Of a stretch of DNA of 64,000 nucleotides, positions 24,546-37,451 are shown one piece after another. The first letter of the stretch is position 1. Every line of letters begins with the position of its first letter. Made by a program: the position numbers and the translations under genes. The notes below the pieces were generated by a model. The model was given only the letters and a program-made list of their open reading frames with translations, ran no database searches and was not told the origin of the DNA. Source of the DNA: Octopus vulgaris (Eukaryota); assembly GCA_951406725.2 (NCBI GenBank), contig OX597818.1, positions 142,476,001 through 142,540,000 of the forward strand. The letters run 5' to 3'.

Positions 24546-25074
24546 GCAATGTCTTTGGCCTTGACAGGACTTCCTAGACTAGTGAAGTTGATGTCAACTT
24601 TGCCTTTCATCCTTTAGAGGTCAATTAAATAAGTACCAGTTACATACTGGAGTCGATGTAATCGACTTAATCCCTTTGTCTGTCACACCTAATGTCATTC
24701 TAAAATTAAACAATTACATTATTGGAATCTCAAAGCTACAATTTAATGCATGATTAATTCAAAAGAATTTGAATAAATAATCATTACATTTGACAGAGCA
24801 ATGCTAAAGAATTGAGATACAAAAAGAGCATGGAAACGGTCTTCCATAAATTCATGTTAAACATCTGCTATTATGTGTGGAATGGCTCCAAGTATTAAAG
24901 ACCATCTACCACCTTCCATCATTGTCATTTAATGTCCACTTTTTCATGCTCATTTGGGTCAGACAGAATTTGTTGAGGCAAATTTTCTAACAGTTGGATG
25001 CTGTTCTTATTGCCAACCCTCACCGGTTTCAAAGTAAGATCATTTTTTTCTCATGGCTTGACATTTTTATTTAT

Positions 25075-25378
25075 GCACCCTTTTCAAGCCTACCCAGGCT
25101 CATGGGCCCAGTTTCCCGGTTTCTGTGGTGCATGTGTTCCCGCCAGCTGGATGGAACGCCAGTCCATCACAGTGTTATTCAAGAAACAGGAAGTGAGAGT
25201 GAGAGAAAATTGTAGCGAAAGAGTACAACAGGGGTCGCCACCACCCCCTGCCAGAGCCCTGTGGAGCTTTTAGGTGTTTTCGATCAATAAACACACACAA
25301 TGCCCAGTCTGGGAATCGAAACCATGATCCACCAACTGCGAGTCCACTGCCTTAACCACTGGGCCATTGCACCTCCAC
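25075..25378 (-). mobile_element. SINE with family B head and a third tail type
   Basis: 25185-25378 matches the family B head; 25075-25180 is distinct. Confidence 0.75.
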
Positions 25379-25933
25379 CATGGCTGGACATATTTCCACA
25401 AAAGATTGGAAATGAAGTATACTACTTGTATAATGGTGACACTTGTTTGCAACTGTCACACAATATCAAGACAAGCAAACACTAATTCTCTTTCGCTTTC
25501 TATCCCTCCCTCTATCACACAGACGCACGCACACACACATGTATACGATGTACTTCTTTCAGTTTTCAAATCCATTTACAAGGCTTCACAGGACTATAGC
25601 AAAAGACACTTGCCCAGGGAGCCACACAGAGGGACTGAACTTGAAACCAAGTGATTGAGAAGCAAGCCTCTTAGTCACACAGCCATGCTTGCACCTCTGT
25701 AGACAAAAAATGCAATAATTAAGGTTGATTAACACAATTGTTAGATCAGAAGCTCTGAATCCTTATATTCTGATTTCAAATCAATTGAGGTCAATTTTGC
25801 CTTAAATCCCTTTTAGGGTCAATGAAATAAAATACCAGCCAAGTATTAAGGTTGTTTTAATTGACAACACCCTCCTCGAAAATGTGTAGAGAAATGCATA
25901 TTCAGGAAATTATTATTGTTATTATTATTATTG

Positions 25934-25976
<43 letters not shown>

Positions 25977-26414
25977 CAGCTACAATTCTATCATGACACA
26001 AAAAATTGTGTCATTGAATTTATTTGATGTCTTGGCAATGGAACCTGTTAATTCCCTCTGGACATTTCTTTTGTCTGGCTATTTTACTTAGCTCTTCCAA
26101 GGAGCCCCATAAATTGCTTTCTTTTTTTGTTTTACTGAAATACGAAGAAGATATAGAAAGTTAGATGTATCAATTATCACAACCATCCTAACTGCCAAGA
26201 AAGATTTTAATTTTGCTGACTGCGATATTCACATATGTTGGAGGGGTTAGCTAACTTTCCTGAAGTTGCAGGAAATTCATTTTATTCTGTCCCAAAGGAC
26301 TACATAAGGAAATAAAGACACATATTTGTCTATGTTTATATATGTTGGTGCTTTAACAAACAAATGAATGTGTGTGTATGTGTGTGTGTGTGTGCATGTG
26401 TGTGTGTGTGTGCA

Positions 26415-26453
<39 letters not shown>

Positions 26454-26456
26454 GTA

Positions 26457-26646
26457 TACTCTTTTTACTCTTTTACTTGTTTCAGTCATTTGACTGCGGC
26501 CATGCTGGAGCACCGCCTTTAATCGAGCAACTCGACCCCGGGACTTATTCTATCGGTCTCTTTTGCCGAACCGCTAAGTGACGGGGACGTAAACATACCA
26601 GCATCGGTTGTCAAGCAATGCTAGGGGAACAAACACAGACACACAA

Positions 26647-26677
<31 letters not shown>

Positions 26678-26843
26678 CATATATACGACAGGCTTCTTTT
26701 CAGTTTCCATCTACCAAATCTACTCACAAGGCATTGGTCGGCCCGGGGCTATAGCAGAAGACACTTGCCCAAGATGCCACGCAGTGGGATTGAACCCGGA
26801 ACCATGTGGTTGGTTAGCAAGCTACTTACCACACAGCCACTCC
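26457..26843 (-). mobile_element. SINE family A with a small internal deletion
   Basis: Young-type sequence; deletion between repeated acttattct motifs. Confidence 0.92.
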
Positions 26844-28207
26844 AGTATGTATGTATGTATGTATATGTATTATATAGAAATATATATATATGCATGGGTA
26901 TCTGCATGTGTGTGTGTGTAGACAAGTATGCACTTATATTTTTATCCAGTCAAGATTTTTTTTCTTTTTAAGAGTGATTCTGTAACTCATTTGCTGAAGA
27001 TTTTAATAGTAATTTTTTTTCTCTCATTCAGAAACTTCCTGCGAAATCTCTGTTGATTTCTCACTTTCCTTACAAACATCAAACTTTCCACACAAAGCTA
27101 CAATCGCATTAAGACAACACAGAACTACACAGAAATATACGCATGTAGTTTTTATATATATATATATATATATATATGTAATGAAATCTATACATAACAA
27201 AGTATATAAAAAATAGTATATAAATAAACAATCAAAAAACCAAATAAATGTATAAATATATGTAAGTCTCAGCCAATCACTGAAAGGAAATCTCTTAAAA
27301 TCTTCAACCTGGCAATGACCCACTTTCTAAAGAATCATCATCATCATCACTTTTTATTTGTTCTAATCATATAACTCCAGTGGTTAAAAGCAACTCAAAT
27401 AAGCTGAGAGTTTCCATGTGGTCACCCGGCTCGCTAAAAATAGCAGCCAGATACCCCTTACATTCAAATTGAACATATTTAAAAAGGAACATAATGGCAA
27501 TATAATCCAGGGTGTACTATGCCAGAAGAAATGCAGGATAGTTGCAACGAGACTGCCTTTGGTTATAGATCTGTTAAACCAAGGTCAACACACAATATCA
27601 AGTGGCCTTCTCTATCAGAATTTGCCATTTGTCATTATCATTTTGTTTAAACCTCTGACCCCCACCCCAATCAGCCCTATTTGAGCTTAGCTTTGTCAAA
27701 GACACTCCATTTATGACCACCCCATCTTCCTCCCAGACTTTAGCAAGACTACATTATTCAATGCATCTTTTCCCAGCACTGAAGGATGTAAATTGAAGGA
27801 CATTTAGCTGATATTTCTAGCTGATCAAGTGACTACATAGGGGCTCTCACCATTGGTTCATATTTTTCATTTCTTGATGGCAATACCAGAAATGTCATAC
27901 ATGTGTGGAGGATCTAAGGTTCCATTTGACACCTCTAGTTTTTGGTCATCAAGGACTAATGATTTGTCCCAAATACTCCAGTTTCTTTCCTACTAGATAC
28001 ATTTAGGAAAGAAACCAGAGTATTTAGGGCAAGTTAATATCATTACTGACATTATCACAATCATTGCCGAGGTCAACATAACATTGTTGACATTCCTAGT
28101 TGGACACAAAGGTTACCAATAACTGTTATCTATAGAAACTGCATCGAATTATACATCATCATCACTAAAATGACACAATAATAAAAATAATTACTATCAC
28201 ACACAAT

Positions 28208-28208
28208 C

Positions 28209-28286
<78 letters not shown>

Positions 28287-28291
28287 CAGAC

Positions 28292-28338
<47 letters not shown>

Positions 28339-28535
28339 GATAGATAGATAAATAGATAGATAGATAGACAGACAGACAGATAGACAGACAGATAAACAGA
28401 TAGACAGACAGATAGATAGATAGACAGGCAGACAGACAGATAGACAGATAGATAGATAGATAGATAGATAAACAGATAGACAGATATAGACAGACAGACA
28501 GACAGACAGACAGATAGATAGATAAACAGATAGAC

Positions 28536-28621
<86 letters not shown>
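28208..28621. repeat. (GATA)n/(GACA)n microsatellite
   Basis: Directly visible. Confidence 0.97.
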
Positions 28622-28622
<1 letters not shown>

Positions 28623-28964
28623 CACACACATACACTCAAACATATATATATACACACACACACACGCACAAATATATATCCTTATTGTTACTACTACAGT
28701 CACTGCTACCAACACTAATTCCTCTTGTAACCAATCTTTCAGTTTCCACCCATATCATACCTAAAAACATTTGCAGGATTTCCCAGAATCCCGCAGAGAT
28801 TTGGTGACAAATTTTTTTGGTGCATTATTTATTCCTTCATCCATTTATTCAAGTTTAGTTGAGAATATGAAACCACTTGTTGAGGGAAAGGTTGAGGGCA
28901 GCTGAAAAATCTATTTATTTCAAAACTACTACAAACAGCAGTTAAATCTCCCTCAAATTAGACT

Positions 28965-30640
28965 CACATGGCTGTATGGTAAGAAGCTTGCTTTCAAGTC
29001 ACATGGCTCAGGGCTCAGTCCCACTGCATGGCACCTTAGACAAGTGTCTTCTACTATAGCCTCGAGCTGACCAAAGCCTTGCGAGTGGATTTGGTAGAGG
29101 GAAACTGAAAGAAGCCCATCGTATATGTGTGTGTGTGTATTGGGTTATCTCATAAATAATGTGTTTTTTTCAATTGCATGAACTAAAAGTTGGAAGGGGA
29201 TGGAATAAACTACCTGCATCAACTTGCAATAAAAACAGGTAGTAATTTTACCTTGTACTTATTCTTAGTGCAAGTTTTGAAGAGTGCAGTTCGATTTTTA
29301 ACAGTTATTTTTTTCAAAGCTATAATGGAAGTGACAGAGGAGCATATTCAGCATATTTTACTTTATGAGTTCAATAAAGGCAACAGAAAGTGCAAAGAAT
29401 ATTAATGCAGTATATGGGGATTGGACAATAAGCATAAGCCAGGGTCAACGGTGGTTTCAAAATTTCAGCGCTGAAACTACAGCCTAGAAGACGAGCCTCA
29501 TCCTAGGAGATCTGTAGAGCTCAATGAGGACGCCCTGCAAAACCTGGTGGAACAAAATCCTATTATAACTGTTAAAGAACTAGCAGAGATGCTTTGATTT
29601 GGTCATTCAACCATTCACAGATACCCGTGTGCCATCGCAAAAGTCAGCAAATAGTGTCAATGGGTTCCTCACAAACTTTCAAAGTCTAATCGCTTACAGG
29701 GAGTGAATGTGTACTCTTCTTTCTTGTCACATCTCACAAATGAACCTTTTTGGACTGAATAGCAACTGGTGACAAGAAATGAGTTCCCTATAAAAATGTC
29801 AAACGCTGAAGACAGTGGGTAGGGAAAGGAGAAACACCAGGACCCCAGGCTAAAGAAGGTCTTCACCCACATAAGATGTTATCTGTTTGGTGGGATATGA
29901 AAGGTTTAGTCCACTTTGAACTTTTAAACTCAACCCAAATGATAACAAAGGAGATCTACTGTGAACAGCTAGAGTGGCTTAAGTTAGCGCTGGAAGAAAA
30001 ATGACCATCTTTGGTTTCAAGATGAAAGGTGTTCTCCCATCAGGATAATGCTTGACCACATACAGCGAGGATGACATTCCAAAGGCTGGAGCAGTTTGAA
30101 TGGGAAATGATGCCCCACCCACCATATTCACTGGACATTGCCTCCATCTGATTATCATTTATTCAGCAGTCTTCAAAATCGTTTGGACAGAAAAAAAATG
30201 AATTCTGTAGACGAGGCCAGAGCAGTACTGAAGGAGTATTTTTCATCACGGACAAGTGAATTTTGGAAGAGGGACCATGGAAATCTCCAGATAGATGGAA
30301 GAGCATTGTAGAAAATGAAGGGGAGTATATTCTAGATTTAAAATAATTTTGTTGATCTTAATTTTGAAAAATAAAAGAAGTATAAAAAACTGCATTATTT
30401 ATGGGATGACCCAATATATCTATGTGTGTATGTTTGTGTCTGTATTTGTCCCCCACCACCTCTTGATAACTGTTGTTAGTGTGTTTGTGTCCCTGTAACT
30501 TGGCAGTTCAGCAAAAAGAGACTGATAGAATAAGTACCAGGCTTAAAAAACAAGTACTGGGGTTGATTCATTCGACTAAAAATTCAAGCAAGACGGTGCT
30601 CCAGCATGGCTGCGGTCTAATGACTGAAACAAGTAAAAAA
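28965..30640 (+). mobile_element. SINE family A split by a mariner insertion
   Basis: Head 28965-29139; body and tail resume at 30415. Confidence 0.85.
29140..30414 (+). mobile_element. Full-length dead mariner (DD34D) transposon
   Basis: About 30-bp TIRs ttgggttatctcataaataatg / cattatttatgggatgacccaa; TA TSD; transposase from ATG 29325 with WVPHKL, TGD, HQDNA and HPPYSLDIA; multiple stops and frameshifts. Confidence 0.95.
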
Positions 30641-30650
30641 ATATATATAC

Positions 30651-31030
30651 AAGTGCAGAAGTGGCTGTGTGGTAAGTAGCTTGTTTACCAACTACATGGT
30701 TCTGGGTTCAGTCCCACTGCGTGGCACCTTGGGAAAGTGTCTTCTACTATAGCCTCGAGCCTACCAAAGCCTTGTGAGTGGATTTGGTAGACGGAAACTG
30801 AAAGCCCATCGTGTGTGTGTGTGTGTGTGTGTTTCTGTGTTTGTCCCCCCCCAACATCATTTGACAACTGATGCCGGTGTGTTTACATCCCCGTAACTTA
30901 GCAGTTCAGCAAAAAGAGACTGATAGAATAAGTACTAGGCTTAGAAAGAATAAGTTCTGGGTTGATTTGCTCAACTAAAGGTGGTGCTCCATCATGGCCA
31001 CACTCAAATGACTGAAACAAAAAAGAATAA
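30651..31030 (+). mobile_element. SINE family A
   Basis: Full body; shares private variants with the 31497 copy. Confidence 0.9.
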
Positions 31031-31239
31031 ACACACTGGATAATGCCCTCAATACACATCTGGGGAAAAGGTATGGTGGTCATAGTTGGAATGCCTGTGA
31101 TCATAGGTTTCCTTAATATTATTGTTTAAGCCCTAATTTGATCTAGGGCTAAATATTAATGACTCTTCACAAAGGCAATATATAAGACCCATAATAGATT
31201 ATGCTTCACCTGCTTTGCTCCTTAGTCTTTCCATAACAA

Positions 31240-31415
31240 ACAACAACAAAAAACACAAATACACATGTCACATCATTGCAGGCTGTAAGCAAACCACACC
31301 CACAATCCAGCTACACACTGAAACAAAAACACATGAAGTGAAAGATGACCTGGAAAATTTGAGATGCAAATTTTGTTATTGCAGTCGACTGCAATCCTCC
31401 CAGTTCCAGCCACTA
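31240..31415 (+). pseudogene. Ingi/Vingi-like LINE fragment
   Basis: IIAGCKQTTPTIQLHTETK resembles the ITGCxxxTPxxHLHxET motif. Confidence 0.5.
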
Positions 31416-31496
31416 CATACATATGTATATATATACAAATCTACCACCACTACTCCAAATATCCAGTACTCCAGGACACTATTATAATAATAGAGT

Positions 31497-31845
31497 AGGT
31501 GCAGGATGGCTGTGTGGTAAGTAGCTTGTTTACCAACTACATGGTTCCGAGTTCAGTCCCACTGCGTAGCACCTTGGGAAAGTGCCTTCTACTATAGCCT
31601 CGAGCCTACCAAAGCCTTGTGAGTGGTTTTGGTACACGGAAACTGAAAGAAACCCATTATGTATGTATGTGTGTGTGTGTGTGTGCTTGTGAGTTTCTGT
31701 GTTTGTCCCCCCAACTTTATTTGACAACTGATGCCAGTGTGTTTACATCCCCGTAACTTAGCAGTTCAGCAAAAAGAGACCGATAGAATAAGTACTAGCC
31801 TTACAAAAAATAAGTTCTGGGTTGATTTGCTCAACTAAAGGTGGT
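31497..31845 (+). mobile_element. SINE family A copy lacking its tail, flanked by a ~60-bp direct repeat
   Basis: Direct repeats at 31430-31492 and 31845-31907. Confidence 0.88.
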
Positions 31846-32129
31846 ATATACAAATCTACCACCACTACTCCAAATATCCAGTACTCCAGGACACTATAAT
31901 AATAATAATAATAATATGATAAAATCACTATCCCTCCAACTCAGTCCAAACAAACATAAAATATAAACCCACTAAAATTAGTGGCAGAATTCATAGCATC
32001 AAAATCTGAATCACTTATAGAGAAAAGTATAGAGGAAATGAAACTGCAGTGTTCAAACTGAGTCCAGCTTATATTCATGTATTGAGGATGCTATAGGAAT
32101 TTATTGAGCAGTGTAACACTGTACTTCAT

Positions 32130-32516
32130 GTGGAGGCGCAATGGCCCAGTGGTTAGGGCAGCGGACTCGCGGTCGTAGGATCGCGGTTTCGATTCCCATA
32201 CCGGGCGTTGTGAGTGTCTATTGAGCGAAAACACCTAAAGCTCCACGAGGCTCCGGCAGGGGATGGTGGTGATCCCTGCTGTACTCTTTCACCACAACTT
32301 TCTCTCACTCTTACTTCCTGTTTCTGTTGTACCTGTATTTCAAAGGGCCGGCCTTGTCACTCTCTGTGTCACGCTGAATATCCCCGAGAACTACATTAAT
32401 GGTACACGTGTCTGTGGAGTGATGAGCCACTTACACGTTAATTTCATGAGCAGGCTGTTCCGTTGATTCGGATCAACCGGAACCCTCGTCGTCGTAACTG
32501 ATGGAGTGCTTCCATC
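32130..32516 (+). mobile_element. SINE family B (tRNA-Arg-like head), full length
   Basis: A box tggcccagtgg, B box gtttcgattcc; 13-bp TSD cactgtacttcat. Confidence 0.95.
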
Positions 32517-34048
32517 CACTGTACTTCATATGATAAACTAGCACATGTAAAAGTGAGCAGTGTGATAGATGACATAATAGATGCAAGATATATCTAGAGC
32601 ACTGCACATATGGCTTCCACAAAGTCATTTGACTGACTTCTTATTTGAGCCAACAAGAGAGTTTCTGCATAAGTCATTCAATCTCCAAGAAACAGCGACA
32701 AAATCTCCTTTAAATTATATATTGTCTTAAGAAGGAAAAGAGACATATCAGATAATGTAGTTTTGGCTACCCTAATAAGTGGAAAAACAATGTTATGGCC
32801 ATGGCTAGAATACCTTTGATCATAGGTCTATTCAATCAGGAATGAGATTATGCAATGGGAGAATTCCTAAGGAGTGACATTTTAAGCAGAAGGGACTGAG
32901 TATAGGGGTTAGTGCAGGTCCAGGAAAGTTTGATACAACTTGCATGATCTGAGGAGGAAAAGCAATTAAGTAGAAATTGCCTAAGTGAAGGAGACACAAG
33001 ATTAACAGCTCTGAGGAACAGAGGCCACTGTAATAGTAGTGAAGAAGACGAGTTGTAGTGCATTAATGGGTTAGATACCAGAGCTTGTCCTTGAGTAAGT
33101 ATGTTAGTCAGTCAAGTGGCCTTTGCTCTCCATATGGTCTAGAACAATGGTTCTATATTGGGGTCCATAAAACCCTTTGTGATCCATATAAGATTTTGGT
33201 GGAGGCCCCACACAAGCAAATTAGCAAACTGGTTCCACAGTAGTGTTTTAAGAGTCCATGAAAACATTTTGCTTTAGATGTATTTATTGCAAGAAAATGT
33301 TAGGTTTCTTTCTTTAACATTTTACACAAGCGAATGTGTGTGTAAAAACTAACACTTCCTTTTTCCGAGCTGAGATTTGAAACCGAATCTAAAGATTCTT
33401 GCTCATCTGATCCACCACTGGCCAAATAGGCATGAAAGAAATCTCTTTGTCCTGTCAAAAAGAGATGGATGGATTTCTCTTTGACCTACGACTTCAGCTG
33501 TGTCATTTAAGGTTCAAGTGGACAGGAGCCAACCTACAAAGGTAGAAATTACTCCTGTGGTATGTCTGTCCTTCTAGCTGTCATGATTATAATAAATACA
33601 GTCAAACACACAGCAGGAAGCAGATAGTCATCACCAGGCGAACGGTCAAGAGACAAGCAGACAGCCAGCAGTTAACTTGAGCCAGTCAAGCAGCCAACAT
33701 AGAACCACATATTCTGCATGAATGACCCAACACAGTAGCAGTCGCAGAACATAAACAGACACCACCAAATGACCAACGCACACACAGACACAAAACATGC
33801 GTGGTTCTACCTCATCACATCGACACAGTATTTTCCTTGTTTATTTTCTATTTCGCCAACTCAAAGTAAGCTGGTAATGTCATGTAGTGAATTTTCTGGT
33901 GTATACAACACATAAATGCAAATGTCGATTAAATAAATTATTTAAACCACAATCTGATGCTTTCCCATTCTTTTACTTTAATGTTGTCCTCAAGCCTATT
34001 TCATCTGCTACTTCAACGACATCGTTTGCTACACTATCCCACTACATT

Positions 34049-34062
34049 TGGTGACTCCGACG
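34049..34062 (+). promoter_or_regulatory. Primer-binding site complementary to tRNA-Trp
   Basis: tggtgactccgacg against TGGTGACCCCGACG (13/14), 2 nt after the LTR end. Confidence 0.85.
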
Positions 34063-34136
34063 AAGAATGACAGCCTTCACATCACTAAATCAGAACTGCA
34101 AAATTGCTGTGATTAGTCATCACACAATGGCTTTAC

Positions 34137-35660
34137 ATGATGGAACACAACCCAGCGGTGAACTCAGCCACAATCAACATGGCATTCCAGGCAGCGATTT
34201 CTTCCACCAGTCCTTTCCTTTTGTCATCCAGTACTTTGGAAATTTCCAGCTTGCATGCATTGGTGGCACAGCAGGCATCACAGATACAGGCCCTGGCAGG
34301 GCAGATACAAGCCTTATTGCCTGGTACCCTGCGTTGAAGTAACAGCCGATTGTGTCGATTTGGTAGATGGTCCCAAAACCCGAGTGCCACCCGTAATTCA
34401 CAGGAACCTTGTTGGTACTAATGGAAGTTCAGAACACAGGCACAGAAATGCACAATCCCATGCTCGTTTTCAGCATCCCATTCAGGAAACAACACAGCCA
34501 GGAGTTGAACATGACGGAAGTTCCTGGCTCGCACCCACAAAGTTGTCTGTTTTACGTTTGCGATCATGTAACAGGCACACGTTTCCTTATTGATACCAGT
34601 GCAGAAATCAGCATAATCCCTCTTTCCTGCACTTCGGGCAAAATAAAAGAGACACCAGTCTGTCTTCAGGCAGTCAACCACTCACCGATTCCAACATACA
34701 ATGAACAGTCCCTAACTTAGGACTACACCACACCTTCCAGTGGGTATTCATCATCGCTAAACTGCTAACCCCTATCTTAGGAGCCAGTTTCCTTAATCGT
34801 TTCAGTCTCCTGGTAGATATCAAGCACAGAAGACTTGTCAACAGTACCACTCAGCTCACTGTGCATGGTATAACCACTTGTATGGCCACAGTTAGCCCAA
34901 ACCATTTTGCAAACAATGACAACCCGTCACAGTGCTATCCTTAAAGAAAACCCGGACGTCGCTCAACCAGTATTCCATAGTCAGCATGAAGTCATCCACC
35001 ACATCAAGACCCACAGTCCACTTGTTGCTGCATGACCCCAAAGGTTACCACTAGATTGTCTCAATGCCTTCAAGCAAGAATTCCAGCACATGCTCAACCT
35101 TGGAAACATCCGTCCATCCAGCAGCAACTGGTCCTCACCAATAGACTGCATTCCTAAGAAGTCATCAACCGATTGGCAAATTTGTGGTGATTATCGATTG
35201 CTAAATAACTGCACAGTACTTGATGCATATCCTGTCCCATTTCTACAGGACTTTTCTAGCTTGCTGCATGGAGCTCACATCTTTTCAAAGTTCGACCTTT
35301 TGTGAGCTTACAATCAAATCCCTGTAGAACCTGCGGATATTCTAAAGACAGCAGTCATGATACCCTTCAGAATGTTTGAACTCCTGCGTACGCCTTTTGG
35401 TTTATGCAACGCAGCACAGACATTCAAATGTTTTATAGACACAGTTACCAGAGGTTTGCCTTTCGTCTATGCATACATAGACGACGTACTCATGGCCAGT
35501 TGCTCAGATGAAGAGCATGATCAACACCTGCACCTGCTATTCCAACGCCTGCGTGAATTATTTTGTTATCAACCCCAGCAAGTGTTCACTTGGAGTTGCA
35601 TCCCTTCATTTTCTCAAGTGCATCATCGATAAGGATGGCATTCACCCAACTCCTAATAAA
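34137..35660 (+). pseudogene. gag-pol remnant (CHCC-type knuckle, protease, RT)
   Basis: CWY*WKF..QAQKC..PC; FLIDTSAEISII; CGDYRLLN; PFGLCNAAQTF; YIDD; stops and frameshifts; RNase H and integrase absent. Confidence 0.93.
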
Positions 35661-36598
35661 TAACATAAACAGACACAACTGAATGACCAACACACACATA
35701 CAGACACAAAACATGCCTGGTTCCACCTCATCACCATTTTCTGGTGTATACAACATGTAGATGCAAGTGTTGATTAAATTAATTATTTAAACCACAATCC
35801 GATGCTTTCCCTTTGTTTTACTTTGATCTCATCCACAAACCTATTTCATCTGCTGCCTCAATGACAGCTTTTGCTGTACCATCCCACAACATGTGATAGA
35901 CAAAATAGGGATTTTGAATGAAGTATCTATAAAACTACTTTTTAAACATCGAATGGCTATGGAGGTCTACCAAAATTGTAATGTACAGGATCCATAGGTA
36001 AGCAAATGGTTGAGAACCACTGGTCCAGGATATCAGTCTCTGTGTGTGTGTGTGTGTATCAGTAGCACCACTATTCCATTGTAGGTCTCATTTAAGGTTT
36101 TTAGGGAGTCAGTCATTGTTGGATGCTGAAGAATTTTCTGAGTCTGAAGACAGGCCAGTCTTTCACTTGCAGTCTTAACTATGTTAAAGATAAGCATTCA
36201 CCAGGAGAGATTTTCAATGAGAGTGAGGCCTAGCATTTGGAGCAATCACCAGGGCTCGACATGTTTATGTAGATGGCAAAGTTTACCTTGGTAGAAAGTA
36301 GACCTAGTATGTAAAGGGACCAAACTAAATATCACATTATATATTACTATATATTACTACATTAAATAAATATGAAGCTAGCAATATGAAAAGAAACCGA
36401 CCACAGAAAAGTGTATCTCCAATCTACTCAAACTGCTAATTAGGAGCTTGTTAATATCCCCACCAAATTTTCAAGACTACTATATAAAAATCTAGAAACT
36501 AATTTCATTGCAACATAAATTAAGCAATATTTAAGTTGGCGTTAACATATTTAATGCAGAGAGAATTATAAAAACATAACAGACTTTACTGTACTTAC

Positions 36599-36900
36599 CT
36601 AATTAGCAGTGATGAAAGAATCACTAAGTAAACACATAATACCGTACATTAGTTGGCTCTTTAGTTTGGTTTAGCAACCACATACACGATCATACAAGAG
36701 AACTGCATTCACACAGGAAAGCAGAATTGTTTAGAGAATAAATAACTCAGAGACACCATTTTCAGGAAAAACAACAGCTAAGTTAGCATTAACATCTATT
36801 AATACAGGAAGCATTAAAAACTAACAAGAAATATGTGTCAAGGAAAAAAATACAATATCAGCTGAATTCCTTGTGTTGTTTTAGTTATTTTAGCAAATAT
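36599..36900 (-). other. Candidate non-coding 5' exon
   Basis: AG|GTAAGT donor at 36599/36598 (minus) in non-repetitive DNA; no ATG-initiated frame reads through the donor. Confidence 0.22.
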
Positions 36901-36990
36901 ACAAACATGTTTCAGTATTATTAGTTAATCAATGAAGCATAATTAAAGCAATTTTTATAGTAATTTATTTGGGTTTTTATTCCCTACATT

Positions 36991-37374
36991 GTGGAGGCGC
37001 AATGGCCCAGTGGTTAGGGCAGCGGACTCGCGGTCGTAGGATCGCGGTTTCGATTCCCAGACCGGGCGTTGTGAGTGTTTATTGAGCGAAAACACCTAAA
37101 AGCTCCACGACGCTCCGGCAGGGGATGGTGGTGATCCCTGCTGTACTCTTTCACCACAACTTTCTCTCACTCTTACTTCCTGTTTCTGTTGTACCTGTAT
37201 TTCAAGGGGCCGGCCTTGTCCCTCTCTGTGTCACGCTGAATATCCCCGAGAACTACGTTAAGGGTACACGTGTCTGTGGAGTGCTCAGCCACTTACACGT
37301 TAATTTCACGAGCAGGCTGTTCTGTTGATCGGATCAACCGGAACCCTCGTCGTCGTAACCGACGAAGTGCTTCC
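36991..37374 (+). mobile_element. SINE family B, full length
   Basis: Near identical to the 32130 copy; TSD attcc(c)tacat / attccccacat. Confidence 0.95.
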
Positions 37375-37405
37375 ATTCCCCACATAGGCTCAAAGGTCTG
37401 GATAC

Positions 37406-37451
37406 TTCTGGCTGAAGAGAGACAACATGTTGAAGCATCAGTGTCCCAGAA
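37406..37451 (+). ncRNA. Decayed minimal hammerhead ribozyme
   Basis: ttctgg-CTGAAGA-..gac aacat gtt-GAAG-ca tcag tg-TC-ccagaa: 6-bp stem I, A15.1 replaced by G. Confidence 0.55.

Larger units (their letters stand above)
33341..35891 (+). mobile_element. Internally deleted Ty3/Gypsy LTR retrotransposon, CsRn1-like
   Basis: 5' LTR about 33341-34046 (TGTA..TACA); partial 3' LTR 35662-35891; probable 4-bp TSD tgtg; tRNA-Trp PBS; gag, protease and RT remnants. Confidence 0.92.
33145..36022. mobile_element. hAT-Charlie MITE containing the LTR element
   Basis: Ends caatggttct and gttgagaaccactg; TSD gtctagaa/gtccagga (6/8). Confidence 0.8.
32850..36280 (-). pseudogene. Decayed CR1/Zenon-like LINE 3' region hosting nested elements
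   Basis: Minus strand 36070-36250 gives LQMLGLTL..LSW...KTAS...RKFF...MRPTME; appears to continue left of 33145. Confidence 0.55.

Noticed and set aside
28130-28715. Three 150-180 aa ORFs
   Set aside because: Translations of (GATA/GACA)n.
32130-32210. tRNA-Arg gene
   Set aside because: Has A and B boxes but no proper acceptor stem, and continues into a multi-copy SINE body with a TSD.
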